This document shows positions 27,160 to 38,990 of a stretch of DNA of 64,000 nt, in pieces; within the stretch, counting starts at the first letter, position 1, and every line of letters begins with the position of its first letter. Made by a program: the position numbers and the translations under genes. The stretch comes from Rebecca billardiae RCC1528 (Eukaryota > Protista > Haptophyta), in contig OZ251225.1 of the NCBI GenBank assembly GCA_965240325.2, positions 682,001-746,000 on the forward strand, given 5' to 3'. The notes beneath the pieces were generated by a model. The model was not told the origin of the DNA and did not search any database. It saw only the letters and a list, made by a program, of their open reading frames with translations.

Positions 27160-29243
27160 TCACACTCCGGACGAGTGGCGCGGGCGGCGGCCGCGCGCTC
27201 GCAGATTGTGCGCAGCGTTGTACAGCCTGTGCATGAACTCCTCGCCCTTGCCGACGTCATAGTCGTCGTCTATGCCGTCGATCGCCGCGAGCTGCGCGCG
27301 CAGCTGCTCGATGCTCGCCATCTGCTGCTCGTGCACCTCGCGCTCCATCGAGCGCAGCACGTCCCGCTGCGCGCGCTCGCGCGTCTGCCGATCGGAACGC
27401 GCGCCGCGAATGCGCCCCTGCGTCGCGGCGCGCGGCGGGGTCGGGGGCGGCGCGCGGCTGGTGAGCTCGGCGCTCGGCGCGGCCGAGCGCGCGCGCGCAC
27501 CCGCCCGCCCGCCCGCCCGCCGCACCTCGAGCATCTGTATCTGCTCCCTGTAGAAGCCCTCCGTCGCGTGGTAGCTGCGCTCGGCGGCAAGCCGGCGCGC
27601 GCGCGCGCGCTCAGCCTCGGCGTCGCGCCCGAGCTGCAGCCGCTCTCGCTGCAGCTTGAGCGCGAGGCGGTAGAGGTGCTGGCGGTACGCGGCGCCGCGC
27701 GAGCCCCTGCGCGCGCGCGGCGCGCACAGGGGGACACGCCGCCAGCACGGCGTGAGCCTCGCGCAGCCCCGCGCAACACGCCAACCACCAACGCCCCGGC
27801 AGCGGCGCGCGCGCGCGCGCCGCCCTCGCGGCCCGCTCACCCCCTGCGCGTGCGGGCCATGGGCGCGAGGGCGTGCGCGGTGGTGCGCGTGCGCGTGTGC
27901 GCGCACCTGCGGCTCGCGATGGACGCCTCCCAGCTCGCCGCGTCGTGCTCGCGGCGCAGCCGGCGGATCCACAGGATCCGCTCGTCGCGCAGCGCGTTGC
28001 GCGCCGCCAGCTCGGCGCTCGCGCGCTGCTGCCCGTCCGCGCGCCTCAGCTCAGCTGCGTACTGCCTGAGGAGGGACATGAGCACGGCGTAGGCGCGCAC
28101 GCCCGCGTCGCCGGCGAGGCCGCTCGAGGCGTACTCCGAGAGCCGCCGGATGTCCTCGGCGTACACGCCCGCCTCCTCCGCCGGCGCGCCCTCCTCCTCC
28201 GCGCGCGCGCCCGCAGACTCGCGCGCGCCCTCGACGCGCGCGCGCGCCTCCTCCACGCGCCGCGCCAGCCTCGCCACGTCCTCGTTGATCGTGGCGTAGG
28301 AGAGGGTGCGCGCGTACGAGAGGGGCGCGTGCGCGCGGCGCGGGCGCGCGGCGTGCTCCGGCGGCAGCGGCGACGACGCCGCCGGGCCGTCCGCCCACTC
28401 GCGCGCGCGCGGCACGGGCAGCGGCCTGGCGGGCGGCCCAGGCGCGCGGCCGCCAGGCCTCCAGGGCTCAGCTGACGCCGGCCGCTGCCGCAGCCGCGCG
28501 CGCTGCGCGTCGGCCGCGCGCGCGAGCTCGTCCACGCGCAGCGCGGAGGCGGAGGTGTACGCCCGCCTGCCCGGGCGCTCCTGCACGAGCACGAGCCCTG
28601 GCCGCGCCGCGCCTCGCACGCCGCGCGCCACCGCGCGCCGCGCGCCGCCGCGCCCGCCCGCGCGCAGCAGCGTGCGCCTCACGTGTTCGATCGGCGCCTC
28701 GTCCTCGCCCTCCTGCGACCAGGGCGCCATCTCCTCCGCGTCGTCGGCGATGTCGAAGAGGACGTCGTCGGTCTGCACCCCACGAGGCGTGCGCGCGCGC
28801 GCGCGCGGCCTCGAGTGCGTGCGCGGCGCCGTGTCCGGCGAGCCCTCGCGCCGGCGGCGCGATGGCGGCGTGTCCTGCTCGGGCGCACCGTCGGGTGCGC
28901 CCAGCTCGCCGCTCGACTTGAAGATCTCGTGGAGCTCGTCGAGGATCTCGAGGAGGTTGCGCGTGGTCTCGAGGTCCACATCCGCCAGCGCCGCGCCGTC
29001 GATGTGCGACAGGTCCATCATCAGCACCGAGGTCGCCAGGTGGCTCACGAGCGCGTTGAAGTTGGCCTCGTGGTCCGCGTGCGTGCGCGCGGCCGTGTGG
29101 ATGCCGGCGGGGAGGCCGATGAAGAGGCGGCGGAAGATCTGGAGGAGGAGCAGCGAGTCGAACTCCTCAAGCCGGCGTACGCGCTGCACGCCCACGCGGT
29201 CGAGCACGCGGTTGAGGGCCGCGACGACGTCCGTAGCCGACAT
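27160..29243 (-). CDS. CEP95: Centrosomal protein of 95 kDa-like (N-terminal DUF5745, C-terminal coiled coil); exons 29243-27907, 27706-27526, 27417-27160
   Basis: N-terminus ...LATSVLMMDLSHIDGAALADVDLETTRNLLEIL and C-terminus ...LALKLQRERL...EGFYREQIQMLE. Two GT-AG introns (27906-27707, 27525-27418) keep the frame. Confidence 0.75.
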
Positions 29244-29421
29244 CTTCGGTAGCGCTGCGGTGGGCAGGGCCGAAGGCCACTGGGTAGGCGCGCGGCCGGA
29301 CGTGACTTTGCTGTTGCGAAAACGTCAAAAGTCAAAACGCGGGCTGCCCTTTTGGCCTTATTATTTTCCCAGCTGCGCCTGTGCTTGATGTGCATGAAAA
29401 CTGGGCGGTGCTCGTAATAAC

Positions 29422-30582
29422 TCAGTCGTGCACGGCATCGGCCACACTGGAATCACGCAGCTCGGCGAGCCTCCTGCGGATGCCCTCCGCCATGCGCGCA
29501 TTATGCGCGTCCTGCACCGAAGGCCTGCGCCCTTCTGGCGCCGATTGCGACGACCCCTGCCCCACCGCCGCAGGCGCGCGCGCTGGCTCCGCCCCTGTGC
29601 CAACGGGCAGAGGGGCAGGAGAGGCAGCAGAGTGCGATGCCGCCGCCGCTGCTGCGGCCACAGCGAGGGCTTCGAGCGCCTGCTGATACAGCGCGATCAC
29701 CTCGTCGCGACTGGCCTCCCCGAGCGGCTCGAGCGCTGAGGCGAGGCGCAGGCACACCTGCGCGCGAAGTGCGCACATCTCCTCCTCCTCCTCAGCCTCA
29801 TCGGCACTCGCCGTGTCCACCGGGGTGGCAGGAGTGCGCTCGAGCAAGCGGGCGGCTGCGCGCAGGTGCTCGCGCGCGCGCTCCGAGTCCGGATGGAAGG
29901 CATGGCGCGCGGCGGCGGGGGCGTGCGTGACATCCTCGCTGCCCTCCTCCCCCTCGTTGCCCGCCGCCGCCGCCGCCGCCGCCGCCGCGGGCGCGACCGC
30001 GGGCGCGAGGCACATGTTGGCAAGGTTCACGTGCGCGCGCACCGCGCACGGCACGTCCGCGCACGCCTCGGCGGCTCGGATGCATTCGGCTTGCTTGGCG
30101 GCCGCCTCGGGCCATCGACCGAGCGAGCGAAGCGCGAGAGCCACGTTCCCCAGCGCGTGCGCCCGGCCCTGCTCGTCGCCGTGCCGCGCGCACAGCTCGG
30201 CACAGCCCTCGAGCATCCGAAGGGCAACTTGCGGCTTGCCGATCTGGCGGTAGCAGATGGCGGCAGAGTTGAGGGCGTCCACCTCGCCGCGGACGTAGTT
30301 GAGCGCGCGCGCCATCACGTACGAGGCCGCGAAGCACTGCAGTGCGCCGCACGTGAGCGAGTGCGCGTCGGCACCCGGCTCGCCAGCATGCGCAAGCTGC
30401 GCGTTGCCTGCACCCATCATGCCGTCGAGCTCGTCCTTGCCGAGGCCCGCGAGGCCCTTCCCGCGCTCCTGAAGCACGGCGAGCTCACGCTCCGCGTCGC
30501 GGAGCGCGGGTGAGTACCCGTGCCCGTTCACCGCGGTGTCACCACGCCCGCCTTCGTCGTCGCTGTCGTGCCCGTGCTCCAT
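29422..30582 (-). CDS. Tetratricopeptide repeat protein
   Basis: 386-aa ORF with TPR-like units ALNSAAICYRQIGKPQVALRML, AHALGNVALALRSLGRWPEAA, VRAHVNLANMCL. Confidence 0.7.
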   Translation of the reverse strand: MEHGHDSDDEGGRGDTAVNGHGYSPALRDAERELAVLQERGKGLAGLGKDELDGMMGAGNAQLAHAGEPGADAHSLTCGALQCFAASYVMARALNYVRGEVDALNSAAICYRQIGKPQVALRMLEGCAELCARHGDEQGRAHALGNVALALRSLGRWPEAAAKQAECIRAAEACADVPCAVRAHVNLANMCLAPAVAPAAAAAAAAAGNEGEEGSEDVTHAPAAARHAFHPDSERAREHLRAAARLLERTPATPVDTASADEAEEEEEMCALRAQVCLRLASALEPLGEASRDEVIALYQQALEALAVAAAAAAASHSAASPAPLPVGTGAEPARAPAAVGQGSSQSAPEGRRPSVQDAHNARMAEGIRRRLAELRDSSVADAVHD

Positions 30583-30625
30583 GTTTGCTGCTCGGCGCTT
30601 CTGCCGTTCGCCCGGCCGGGCAGTT

Positions 30626-31986
30626 CTAGGAATGGGCGCGGGACTGACGAACGGGACCCGGGGACGTGGCCTTACTGAAGGCAGGGCTAGGCATCATGCA
30701 GGCCCGCAAGGACGTGGACTCCCAGCTGTCAAAGGCAGGGCGTCTCCTCCGACATGCCAGGGAGCTTCGGCCGCCGCCTGGGCACGACCAGGGGGGGCAG
30801 CCCCCTCCCCCACAGGCACAGGCAGGCCCAGGAGGGGCGATTGCCATGAATAATCAGTTACAGGGGCCACCTGTCATCCAGCAGCAACCCCCTGCCCAGG
30901 CTGGCCAGGGCTGGCAGGCAGGCGCGGGGCAGGCCAACCTGCACCAGCCAATAGCGCGCGGTCACCACGTGCGCCCTCAGCTACTCTTGCGGGCATGGCC
31001 CCTACAGCGTGCTCGCCCCCTCCCTATGGTGATTGCGTGGCCTCTGCAGCCTGCCACACCTCTTGTAGCATGGCCGCTCCAATATGTTACCCCACTGGCT
31101 CGCCGCGATGTGCGTCCGTCGGACAATGTGTTGACACATGGGGGCCCTGAGATTGAGGCAGATCCTGCTGCGGGCAGTCACACTGGTCACGGAGCTCACA
31201 ACGGCATTACACAATCAGACACTGGACAGCAGGCCACACAGCCACCTGCTGGCTCTGCCAAGACACTGGCAGCCCCCAGGCGCAGGCTGCCTCCTCCTAG
31301 TCAAGCTCAGCAAGACAGCCCCCCGCCCAAACGACACTGCCCACCCCGCCAGGCAAATGTGCCTATCCTAACACCAACTGGCAGGCAGGCTCAGCCTGCA
31401 CAGCGAAGTATGCAACCCCCTGCAAAGAGCAGCAGAAAGAGGCGCGCAAACGACTCCTCCCCAGGCGTATTAGCCATCGCCACCACTCTGCTTGCCTCCT
31501 ACAGCGGCCCACGCCCTGACTTGATGCCCGATATCGCACACATGTCTGACATGACACCATCTGCCTCCATAGCAGCACGAGTGAAATACAGGCGCCTCAC
31601 TGCCAGGACCAGTGGCCCAGACCCCGGCCCAGCTACTGGGCTCGCTGACAGCCCCCTCCGTCCCCTCCCCCGCGCAGGGATCGGCTAGTGGCTGGCCCTC
31701 TGCCCACACTGGGGCACCCTAAGGGGTGCCCAGTCTGCCGACTCGGCTCAAACTCGATGATCTCGAATTGCAAGGCAGTGCACTGCTGGTACCTGGGACC
31801 ACCCCACAGTGTTGGGCTTGTATGCTGTCGGCAATGGCATACCCCCGCCCCCTCTGGAGGCGGGCTGTCCACAGCGGAGTGGTGTCAAGGCACTTGGTGT
31901 ATCGGTCAGTGGTTTGAGGTTGGGTGAGGGTGGTGGTTGGTTGGGGGCTGGCCAGGGTAGGGCTGGAGGCTTCGGCCGCCAGTCTG
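30626..31986 (+). mobile_element. CpG-poor dispersed repeat (probable truncated transposon) with a 340-aa low-complexity ORF (30666-31688)
   Basis: Abrupt composition shift (few CG, many CA/TG). The 3' end is duplicated at 10740-11008. The ORF is Pro/Gln-rich with no recognisable domain. Confidence 0.45.
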
Positions 31987-32276
31987 CAGAGTCCCAGTTG
32001 TCATTTCTTCGACCGCCCACGCATATGCGTGCGCCCGTAACCAATTCTTAAACGCCTGGGCCTTTTTCGGATGCGGGCATCCCCCCGCGAGAATTATGGA
32101 AAGGCGCACGCATGTGCGCGCCAGGCGATATCGGAGAGCAATAATCAACGAGCGGCCGCCGCGCGCGAGGGCGCTAACCCTACCCCCGTCGCGCTCGCGC
32201 GACGGCGGCGATCCCCGCATCTGCGCGATTGACCACGATTCGCCGCGTTTTTGCCCACCGCGCGCGCACTCGCCTC

Positions 32277-33887
32277 ATGCGCCCGCCGAGCCCTCGGGAC
32301 GACCACGCGCGCGCGCGCCGGCGTCGTCGGGCGCTCGCGCTCGCGGTTGCCACTGCAGGCGCTGCGCTCTTCCTGCTCCTCGGGCACTGGGCTGACCGCG
32401 CGGTCGACGACGACGGGGCCGACGCGGGGCCGGCGAGCTTGCGGGCGGCGTGGGGTACCATCCCGACGGTGGACCTGTACCTGGTGGTGTTCCACCCGCA
32501 GTTCTCGGAGGACAAGTTCCAGGAGTGGATGCGCATGAAGAAGGCCACCTTCCGCGCGCTCGACGAGCGGCTGGCCCGAACGGCCACGTACGACGCGATG
32601 TTCGAGCGTAACAGCGGCAAGGCGAGGCGTGCTCGGGGTCAGCGCGGCCGTTATGCCAAGCGCACACGCCAGATGGAGATCGCGACCGCCATGTTCGTCC
32701 TGAGTGGTGGGGAGCGGTACAGTCGCGCTGCCACGCTCTGGGGACTCGGCAGCGGCGGCCAAGTGACGAATATCATGCGGCGCTTCATCGCGGCGGTGAA
32801 CGAGATCAAGGACGAGGAGATTCGCTTGCCGTCCACGCGTGAGGAGGGAGCACGGGTGGAGGCGGGGTTCCGCGGCATCAAGGGGCTGCCGGGGTGCATC
32901 GGCGCTGTGGACGGCACGCACATCGAGATCCCCAACCCGAGCGCCGCCGTGGACGGGCGCCCCGGCCACGCGGGTGGCAAGGAGTACCTGTGCTACAAAG
33001 CACGCTACTCGGTGCACTTGCAGGCGGTCGTCGACCACACCGGCCTCTTCCTCGACGTGCAGGCGGGCTTCCCGGGGAGCTGGAACGACAAGCTCGTCTT
33101 CGGTGAGAGCGAGCTGTTCGAGAAGCTGCAGCCGCTCCTCAACGATCCCGACTTCCCGGGGCGCTACTTGCTTGGCGACGGTGGGTACTACCTGCGCCCG
33201 TTCCTGATCATCCCATTCCCGCACGACACCACCGACCCGGCCGAGTGCATCTTCAACTCGTACGTCGCCTCCTCTCGCGTCGTGGTCGAGAACGCGTTCG
33301 GCCGCCTCAAGGCGCGCTTCCGGTGTGTGCGCGCGCGCGCGCACGCACCGCGCCGCGCGTTGCGTGTGTGCACGGGCAGGCGGGTGGTGGTTCGCGCTGA
33401 ACATGCGCGGCCCGTGCGCCCCACCCACCGGCGCACCAACCACAGGCGGCTCCGCTACCTGAACTGCCAGCTCGAGAGCACGGGCGAGCTCATCGTGACC
33501 TGCTGCGTCCTGCACAACTTCATCCAGCGGCACGAGACGGCGGCGGACGACGAGGACGGCGCCGACTTCGCCCGTCGCCCCGCCTTCGGTCAGCGCGATC
33601 TGCGCCCCGAGCGCAGCGACATCAACGACGGCCCGGTGCCGCCGCCGCGGGACGAGGACGGTGATGGCTCCGACGGCAACGGCAGCGCCGCGGACATGCG
33701 CCGTGACCTGCAGGGGGGCAGGGACACCCGTCAGATGCTGCTGGATCACTGCTGGGCCCTGCACCTGCAGCGCGGGACTGAGCGCACGCGGCTCTTCTTG
33801 GAGTGGTACGCGGCCATTCTGGATGAGGACGCCAATGCCGGCGGCGCTGATGATGGTAGTGATTCTGACAGCGGCGACGACGAGTAG
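32277..33887 (+). CDS. Harbinger DDE transposase (DDE_Tnp_4, HARBI1-like); intron 33323-33445
   Basis: GCIGAVDGTHI, PGSWND, YLLGDGGY, RVVVENAFGRLKARFR, IVTCCVLHNF. The D-D-E triad is intact, and a 123-nt GT-AG intron removes the aberrant insert. Confidence 0.93.
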   Translation: MRPPSPRDDHARARRRRRALALAVATAGAALFLLLGHWADRAVDDDGADAGPASLRAAWGTIPTVDLYLVVFHPQFSEDKFQEWMRMKKATFRALDERLARTATYDAMFERNSGKARRARGQRGRYAKRTRQMEIATAMFVLSGGERYSRAATLWGLGSGGQVTNIMRRFIAAVNEIKDEEIRLPSTREEGARVEAGFRGIKGLPGCIGAVDGTHIEIPNPSAAVDGRPGHAGGKEYLCYKARYSVHLQAVVDHTGLFLDVQAGFPGSWNDKLVFGESELFEKLQPLLNDPDFPGRYLLGDGGYYLRPFLIIPFPHDTTDPAECIFNSYVASSRVVVENAFGRLKARFRCVRARAHAPRRALRVCTGRRVVVRAEHARPVRPTHRRTNHRRLRYLNCQLESTGELIVTCCVLHNFIQRHETAADDEDGADFARRPAFGQRDLRPERSDINDGPVPPPRDEDGDGSDGNGSAADMRRDLQGGRDTRQMLLDHCWALHLQRGTERTRLFLEWYAAILDEDANAGGADDGSDSDSGDDE

Positions 33888-36235
33888 TCATGACCCGTAT
33901 ATCTATATTTATATATATATATATATATTTATATATATTATTGGACACCGCCACTACGGGCGTCGTCGCCAGCCTCAGTGCGACATATCGGCCTGCGACC
34001 CGCGGCGTGGTGCCTGCGACCCGGCGCCGCGGACGATCGATAGGAGTCAGCAATCGTCAGCTGCACACTATGACTAGCAGAGCTCTGCAGTAGCTGACTC
34101 GCGCACGCGCGCCGCGCGCTGACTGTCACACTGGCCGGCTGCTGTTGACTGCGGACGCGGGTCCCGGCCCGCACGTGCAGCGTGCACTGTGCGGAGCGCG
34201 TTTCATCGCATCACCCCGAGCAGCCTCTGGGCAGCTGCAGCGTCTCGGCCTGCGATCCGGCGCCGCCGGCCAATCTGCGTGTGCGAGTACGTCGTGTGTG
34301 GCACGGCACTGTGTGCGCACACGCCTCTGCTCCTGTACGCCGCCCCGGACGACGATCGAATTGACAGATTCGATAGCAGCTTATTCGAGTCATCGTCATC
34401 TGCTTACGATATGTCGGTCAACACCACCGATTGCAGATAGCCCGGCTCATATCACTACACTCTGACACAGGCGCGGCTGGCGCGCGCAGCGGTGCCGGCA
34501 GGGGCACTGGCGCCGCTGCGAACGGGCAGGCGCCGAGCGTCTACGCGCCGTAAGTCGGGCAACTGCTACTGCAGCAGCACCGCCCGCGCCGATCCGGCCT
34601 GTCAGCGTTCCGACTGCTCCTCTGTGGTCCGCTCGCACGCCACAGACAGGGCAGGGCGTGCGGCGAGGACACGCACGATCACACGACGTCGCGGAGGGCA
34701 AGGGCAAAGTGCCCGCGGTCGCGGGCACTTCTCGTCGCGGCGCAACTGCCACGCGTGATGTGCTCGCCGAGCCCGTGCAGGCGCTCCGCGCGACCCAGCT
34801 CGACCTCTGGCGGGTGTTGGCGCGCGGCATTGGTGGCGTCGACAAGCGCTAGGCCGCTCGCTCGGGCGCCATCGCAAGTGGGCAGTTCGTGGTGGGATCT
34901 TCAGCCCGCTTTCGCGGGAATTCGCCGGGACTGCCCCGAATGTTCCGACCGCATCTTCTCGACGTCCGCGTGCCGATCGGTTCCTCACCATTGCTTTCGT
35001 GCGCGACTTTTCGATACCCCCGTATCTTGCCCATAGCTCACGGTGCCGCCATCGTGCCGGCTTGGCGGCGACAAACATCCACGATGGCGTGGCGCAAACC
35101 GCGTGCGCCTCGGCACGAGCTCGGTGCGCCTGCGCGCGAGTGGCGCGGAAGGCGCGCGCGGCACGGGCCTATTTCGGCGCTCCTGCTAGCCGCGCAGCCT
35201 GTGCGCGATGCGCGTCGCGCTGAGTGTGAACGCCCGTCAAGCTTTTTGCGCTACAAGTCGCGCGGCCTCCTGCATGCGCGTGTGCACACCAACTCTGTGC
35301 TCCGGCGTGCTCACGCCGGATCCCGCGGGCGACGTCGGCGCAGTTCCACCGACCGGTGCCCGACATCCAACGAGCTCGTCAGCCTCGATCCCTGCGTCGA
35401 ACTCAGGCTGTCAGTGCTGTCCTGTGCGCAGCGCGCCCCGCGCGACACTCTTGGCGGCGCGTCCAGTACACACAGCTGGCGCACTCCTCCATCGTCGGCG
35501 CCATGGCTGGACGCGGCGGGTGCTCAGGCGCTCAGTCGACGCGTTTTCGCCGACCGATTGCAGACACGGCAGCCCGTCTGCGCGCGTCCAGCGCCGGCCA
35601 CCCAAGTCACGGCGGCGCAATGCACTCCCTGCGCCTGGGCCTGCGGCCCAGACTGCAACCGCAGCGCTCGTCGCACACGTCGGTCGCAGAGCTCTTGTCG
35701 GCTCGCTTGACGCAGCGCACTGTCGTACTCTCAGTGCGAGTCAGAGGCGCGCGTCGGCGTGTCGTGCGGCGCGAGTCGTAATATCAATCATGAGCGCATC
35801 CATCATGAACACTACTGATTAGATGCTACGACTTAACTTACAATACCATACTGCTGACAATAGAGTCCGATAGAGTATGATAGACTGATGACTACTGCCA
35901 AGACTGCAAGCACTCGGTAACTGGCTACTGCTGAGTCGTCCTACATCATCGTCAGTATAAAATAATAATAATAAAATAATAATAAAATAGTATAATATAT
36001 ATGATGATGCATATATTTAATAATAAATAAATACAGGAGTCATAGGTCACCGCGACTGGTGTTCGTACTTACGTGTGCGCGCTTCGTCATTCGTGCCGAT
36101 GTGGCGTGTGCGGTCACGCCCCCCACCCCACCCGACCCCCACATCCCCGGCTCCGGCCCCCGCCCCACGCCCGCCCTGCGTCCGCGCGTCGGCGCCGACG
36201 GCCAGCCAGCTCAGCTCGCCTGTGAGCGACGGTCG

Positions 36236-38584
36236 TCACATCAACATGTCGCTCTCCTCGTCGCTCTGGGGCTTCGTCAACTCCACCCAGACCTTCTCGA
36301 GCTGCTGGAGCCTCTCCGCCTGCGACTGGCCGTCGCGTCGCCGATCTGCGAACCCGAGCGTCACCATGGCCTCCTTCATGCATGCCGCTCCCTTCGCCTC
36401 GAGGATGGCTCTCGAGATGCCGTCGAGCTGCTCGCGGGAGGACAGCTCAGGGTTGAACGAATACCCGGGGACGCTCCTCGCCAGCTCTGCGAGGCGCTTC
36501 TCGTCCACGACGAGGGGCCCCACCCCCTCCCGCTCGTCCCTCCGCGCCGCATCCCTGTCCTCGGCCGCCTGCAAGGCGCCGCGCATGCCCTCCATGGATG
36601 CGCACAGCTCGCGCGCGACCCCCAACAGTCCGTCGGTCGCGCCCGCGCCACGCGTCTGCCCAGGCCGCTGGCCCGTGGCAGCGGCCCGAGCAGCGCGTGC
36701 GTCGAGGCCCTCGGCAGCGCCCGCAGCAGCCCCCGACTTTCGCTGCTTGCCGCCGCGCTTCGCCGCCACCACCGTCGAGCTCGTGTGCTCCTCGAACGCC
36801 TCCCACGCCCGCGCCAACTCGTTCTCGTCTAAATCCGGCGCATCTGCACCCTCAGCGTACGCGGCCAGGGCTTCGGCCAGCTTCTTGAGCGGCTCCGCCC
36901 CACGCCGCAGGAAGTCCATGAACGCCGGGGTGCTCGCCAGAGTGCGCGGATCACTCGGCCCAACGGCGGTCTCCGCCGGCTCCACCCCGTCGACCAGCTC
37001 CATGCCGCCGGCGCTGTTCGGGACTGTGTCGGCGCCGCCGCGCGCGCCAGCTGCCCCCGGGGGCATGCCAGCGGCTTGTGCGGCCGCCCGGATCACAGGG
37101 CCCAAGTGCGCTCGCGCCCGCCTCTGCGATGGCGACAGCTCCTGGAGCGCCTCGTCCTGCTGCTCGAAGTGCTCGTGCTCCGCGTGCTCGAAGTTCATCT
37201 CGGCGCCTGGTGCCGCCTCGTGCGCACGCGCCGACACAGCCGTCTTCTTCCGGCCAGTGCCCGCCACACCCGGCGCCATGCCCCCCGCATTCACCCGAAT
37301 GCGCAGACGATCGTACGCCTCCTTCGCAGCCGAGTAGCCCGAGCCAGTGCTCTGCGGCTTCTTGAGAATCTCCAGCCGCTGGCCGATCGCCTCAGCCGTG
37401 CGCAGCGGGTCCCACTTGCCATCCTCGAGGAGCGCTCTGTACAGCCCCTCAAGCGCCGTGTGGCGCCTGGCGGCGCACTCCTTCTTGGCGGCGGCCGTCG
37501 TCGGGGCGATCTTGGTCGTCCGTCCGTCGGCCGCCTGGCTCACGTCGTAGTTGATGAGCACGTCCACCAGCTGCAGCTCCGCGAGCTTCGTGAGCATGCG
37601 GATCGTCTCCGTCTTCCACTCCTCGGTGTCCAGTGACAGGGAGTGAGGCTCCTCCTTCTCCCGCGGCGGCTTGTCCCAGTTGCGCTTCGTCTTCACAGCC
37701 GGTGCCGACGACGCGGCCGGCGCAGGCGAGCCGGACTGCGCAGCTGCCCGGCTGCCGCCCGCCAGCACCGGCGGCTGCTGCCACGGCTGCTGCCACGGCT
37801 GCTGCGGCAGCACCGCGCCGGCCGGCAGCGCCTGATGCGGCATGCTGCCGGGAGGAGGCATTCCTGCCGTATGAGGCATTCCTGCCGTGAGCGGCTGCGC
37901 CATGAGCGGCGCGCGCCAGCCGATCTCCATCGCGGGCACCGGTTGCGCCATCGACCCCATGCCCTCGGCCGGCGGCTGGTGGAGGCCGTACTGCCAGCCG
38001 AGTGGCTGGTCTTGGCGTTGTACACGCTGGGGGGGAGCCGTCTGAGCTGCGCGGGCGCCCGTCTCGCCCGCCGCTCCGCGCGCTCCGACCGACGACAGGA
38101 GGCCAGCCGTGCAGCCCGACGACGGGTGGGCTTGCGGCGCCGTGTCGTCGGCGGCGGCGGGCGCAGCGGCCGTCGCCGCCCCCACCGCCGCACGCGACCC
38201 CGCCACGTCGCCGCGCTTGGCCTTGCTTGCGGGCTTGGCCCGTTTCTTCTTGTGTCCGGGGTCGATGTCTGCTGCGCGGTCGGACTCGACGGCAGCTGCG
38301 GCCGCGTCGGCGCCGCGCGCGGCGCGGACGCCAGCCGCTGCTTCGTCCGCGACATCCGTTGCGCCGCCCACGCCACCGCCCTCCTCGTCCGCCGGCCGCT
38401 GCTGCTGCTCGCGCGCGTCGCGTCCTTGGTGCCCGGCCTCGCGCTCGCGCCTCTTGGCCCGTGTAGCACGCGCCTGAGCCGAGTCGGTGGTGCTGGAGGT
38501 GGCGCGCGCGCCCCCTCGCGCAATGCCGTCCCCGCCATCCGCGGGCCCGCCCGCCGCATGCTGCGTCCTCCGCGACGAGACCAT
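36236..38584 (-). CDS. Harbinger accessory Myb/SANT (trihelix-like) DNA-binding protein
   Basis: Long ORF with NLS (HKKKRAK) and EEWKTETIRMLTKL...LRTAEAIGQRLEILKK, a trihelix-like pattern. It lies within the TIRs opposite the transposase. Confidence 0.7.
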   Translation of the reverse strand: MVSSRRTQHAAGGPADGGDGIARGGARATSSTTDSAQARATRAKRREREAGHQGRDAREQQQRPADEEGGGVGGATDVADEAAAGVRAARGADAAAAAVESDRAADIDPGHKKKRAKPASKAKRGDVAGSRAAVGAATAAAPAAADDTAPQAHPSSGCTAGLLSSVGARGAAGETGARAAQTAPPQRVQRQDQPLGWQYGLHQPPAEGMGSMAQPVPAMEIGWRAPLMAQPLTAGMPHTAGMPPPGSMPHQALPAGAVLPQQPWQQPWQQPPVLAGGSRAAAQSGSPAPAASSAPAVKTKRNWDKPPREKEEPHSLSLDTEEWKTETIRMLTKLAELQLVDVLINYDVSQAADGRTTKIAPTTAAAKKECAARRHTALEGLYRALLEDGKWDPLRTAEAIGQRLEILKKPQSTGSGYSAAKEAYDRLRIRVNAGGMAPGVAGTGRKKTAVSARAHEAAPGAEMNFEHAEHEHFEQQDEALQELSPSQRRARAHLGPVIRAAAQAAGMPPGAAGARGGADTVPNSAGGMELVDGVEPAETAVGPSDPRTLASTPAFMDFLRRGAEPLKKLAEALAAYAEGADAPDLDENELARAWEAFEEHTSSTVVAAKRGGKQRKSGAAAGAAEGLDARAARAAATGQRPGQTRGAGATDGLLGVARELCASMEGMRGALQAAEDRDAARRDEREGVGPLVVDEKRLAELARSVPGYSFNPELSSREQLDGISRAILEAKGAACMKEAMVTLGFADRRRDGQSQAERLQQLEKVWVELTKPQSDEESDMLM

Positions 38585-38889
38585 GCTCGTCAACGCGTGC
38601 CCGACCTAGCTCCCGCGACGTGGGCGCAGCCTCAACGTGGGCCGTCGCGCACCCGCGTGCGCGAACCCAACGCCCGCGGGTGCCCTTGTCATACTCACGC
38701 ATCGACCGCTCCGCGCGATTGCCCATAAGCCGCTCAGGCCCGCCGTAATCACTCACCGTTCGCCGGTATTCAAATCGCCGCGCATATGCGTGGGCGATCA
38801 TATTGTCATCGACCGACATGGCTAGCGAGCTGATCAGGACTAGTAACAACGACCTTGTTTGCGACCACGCCGCCGCGTCGATTTGTCGA

Positions 38890-38893
<4 letters not shown>

Positions 38894-38949
<56 letters not shown>

Positions 38950-38990
38950 ATATAGATCGATATAGATAGATAGATATATCTATAGATAGT
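38894..38990. repeat. (CT)n microsatellite followed by (AGAT)n-like repeats
   Basis: Direct reading. Confidence 0.95.

Larger units (their letters stand above)
32011..38799. mobile_element. Autonomous-type PIF/Harbinger DNA transposon (transposase plus Myb/SANT gene, convergent)
   Basis: TIRs GACCGCCCACGCATATGCG (32011) / CGCATATGCGTGGGCGATC (38799) enclose both canonical ORFs. No clear 3-bp TSD. Confidence 0.8.

Noticed and set aside
26020-27236. ORFs spanning the N run
   Set aside because: Artefacts of translating the gap. Sequence left of the gap is a MITE relic, not the continuation of the LCAT-like gene.
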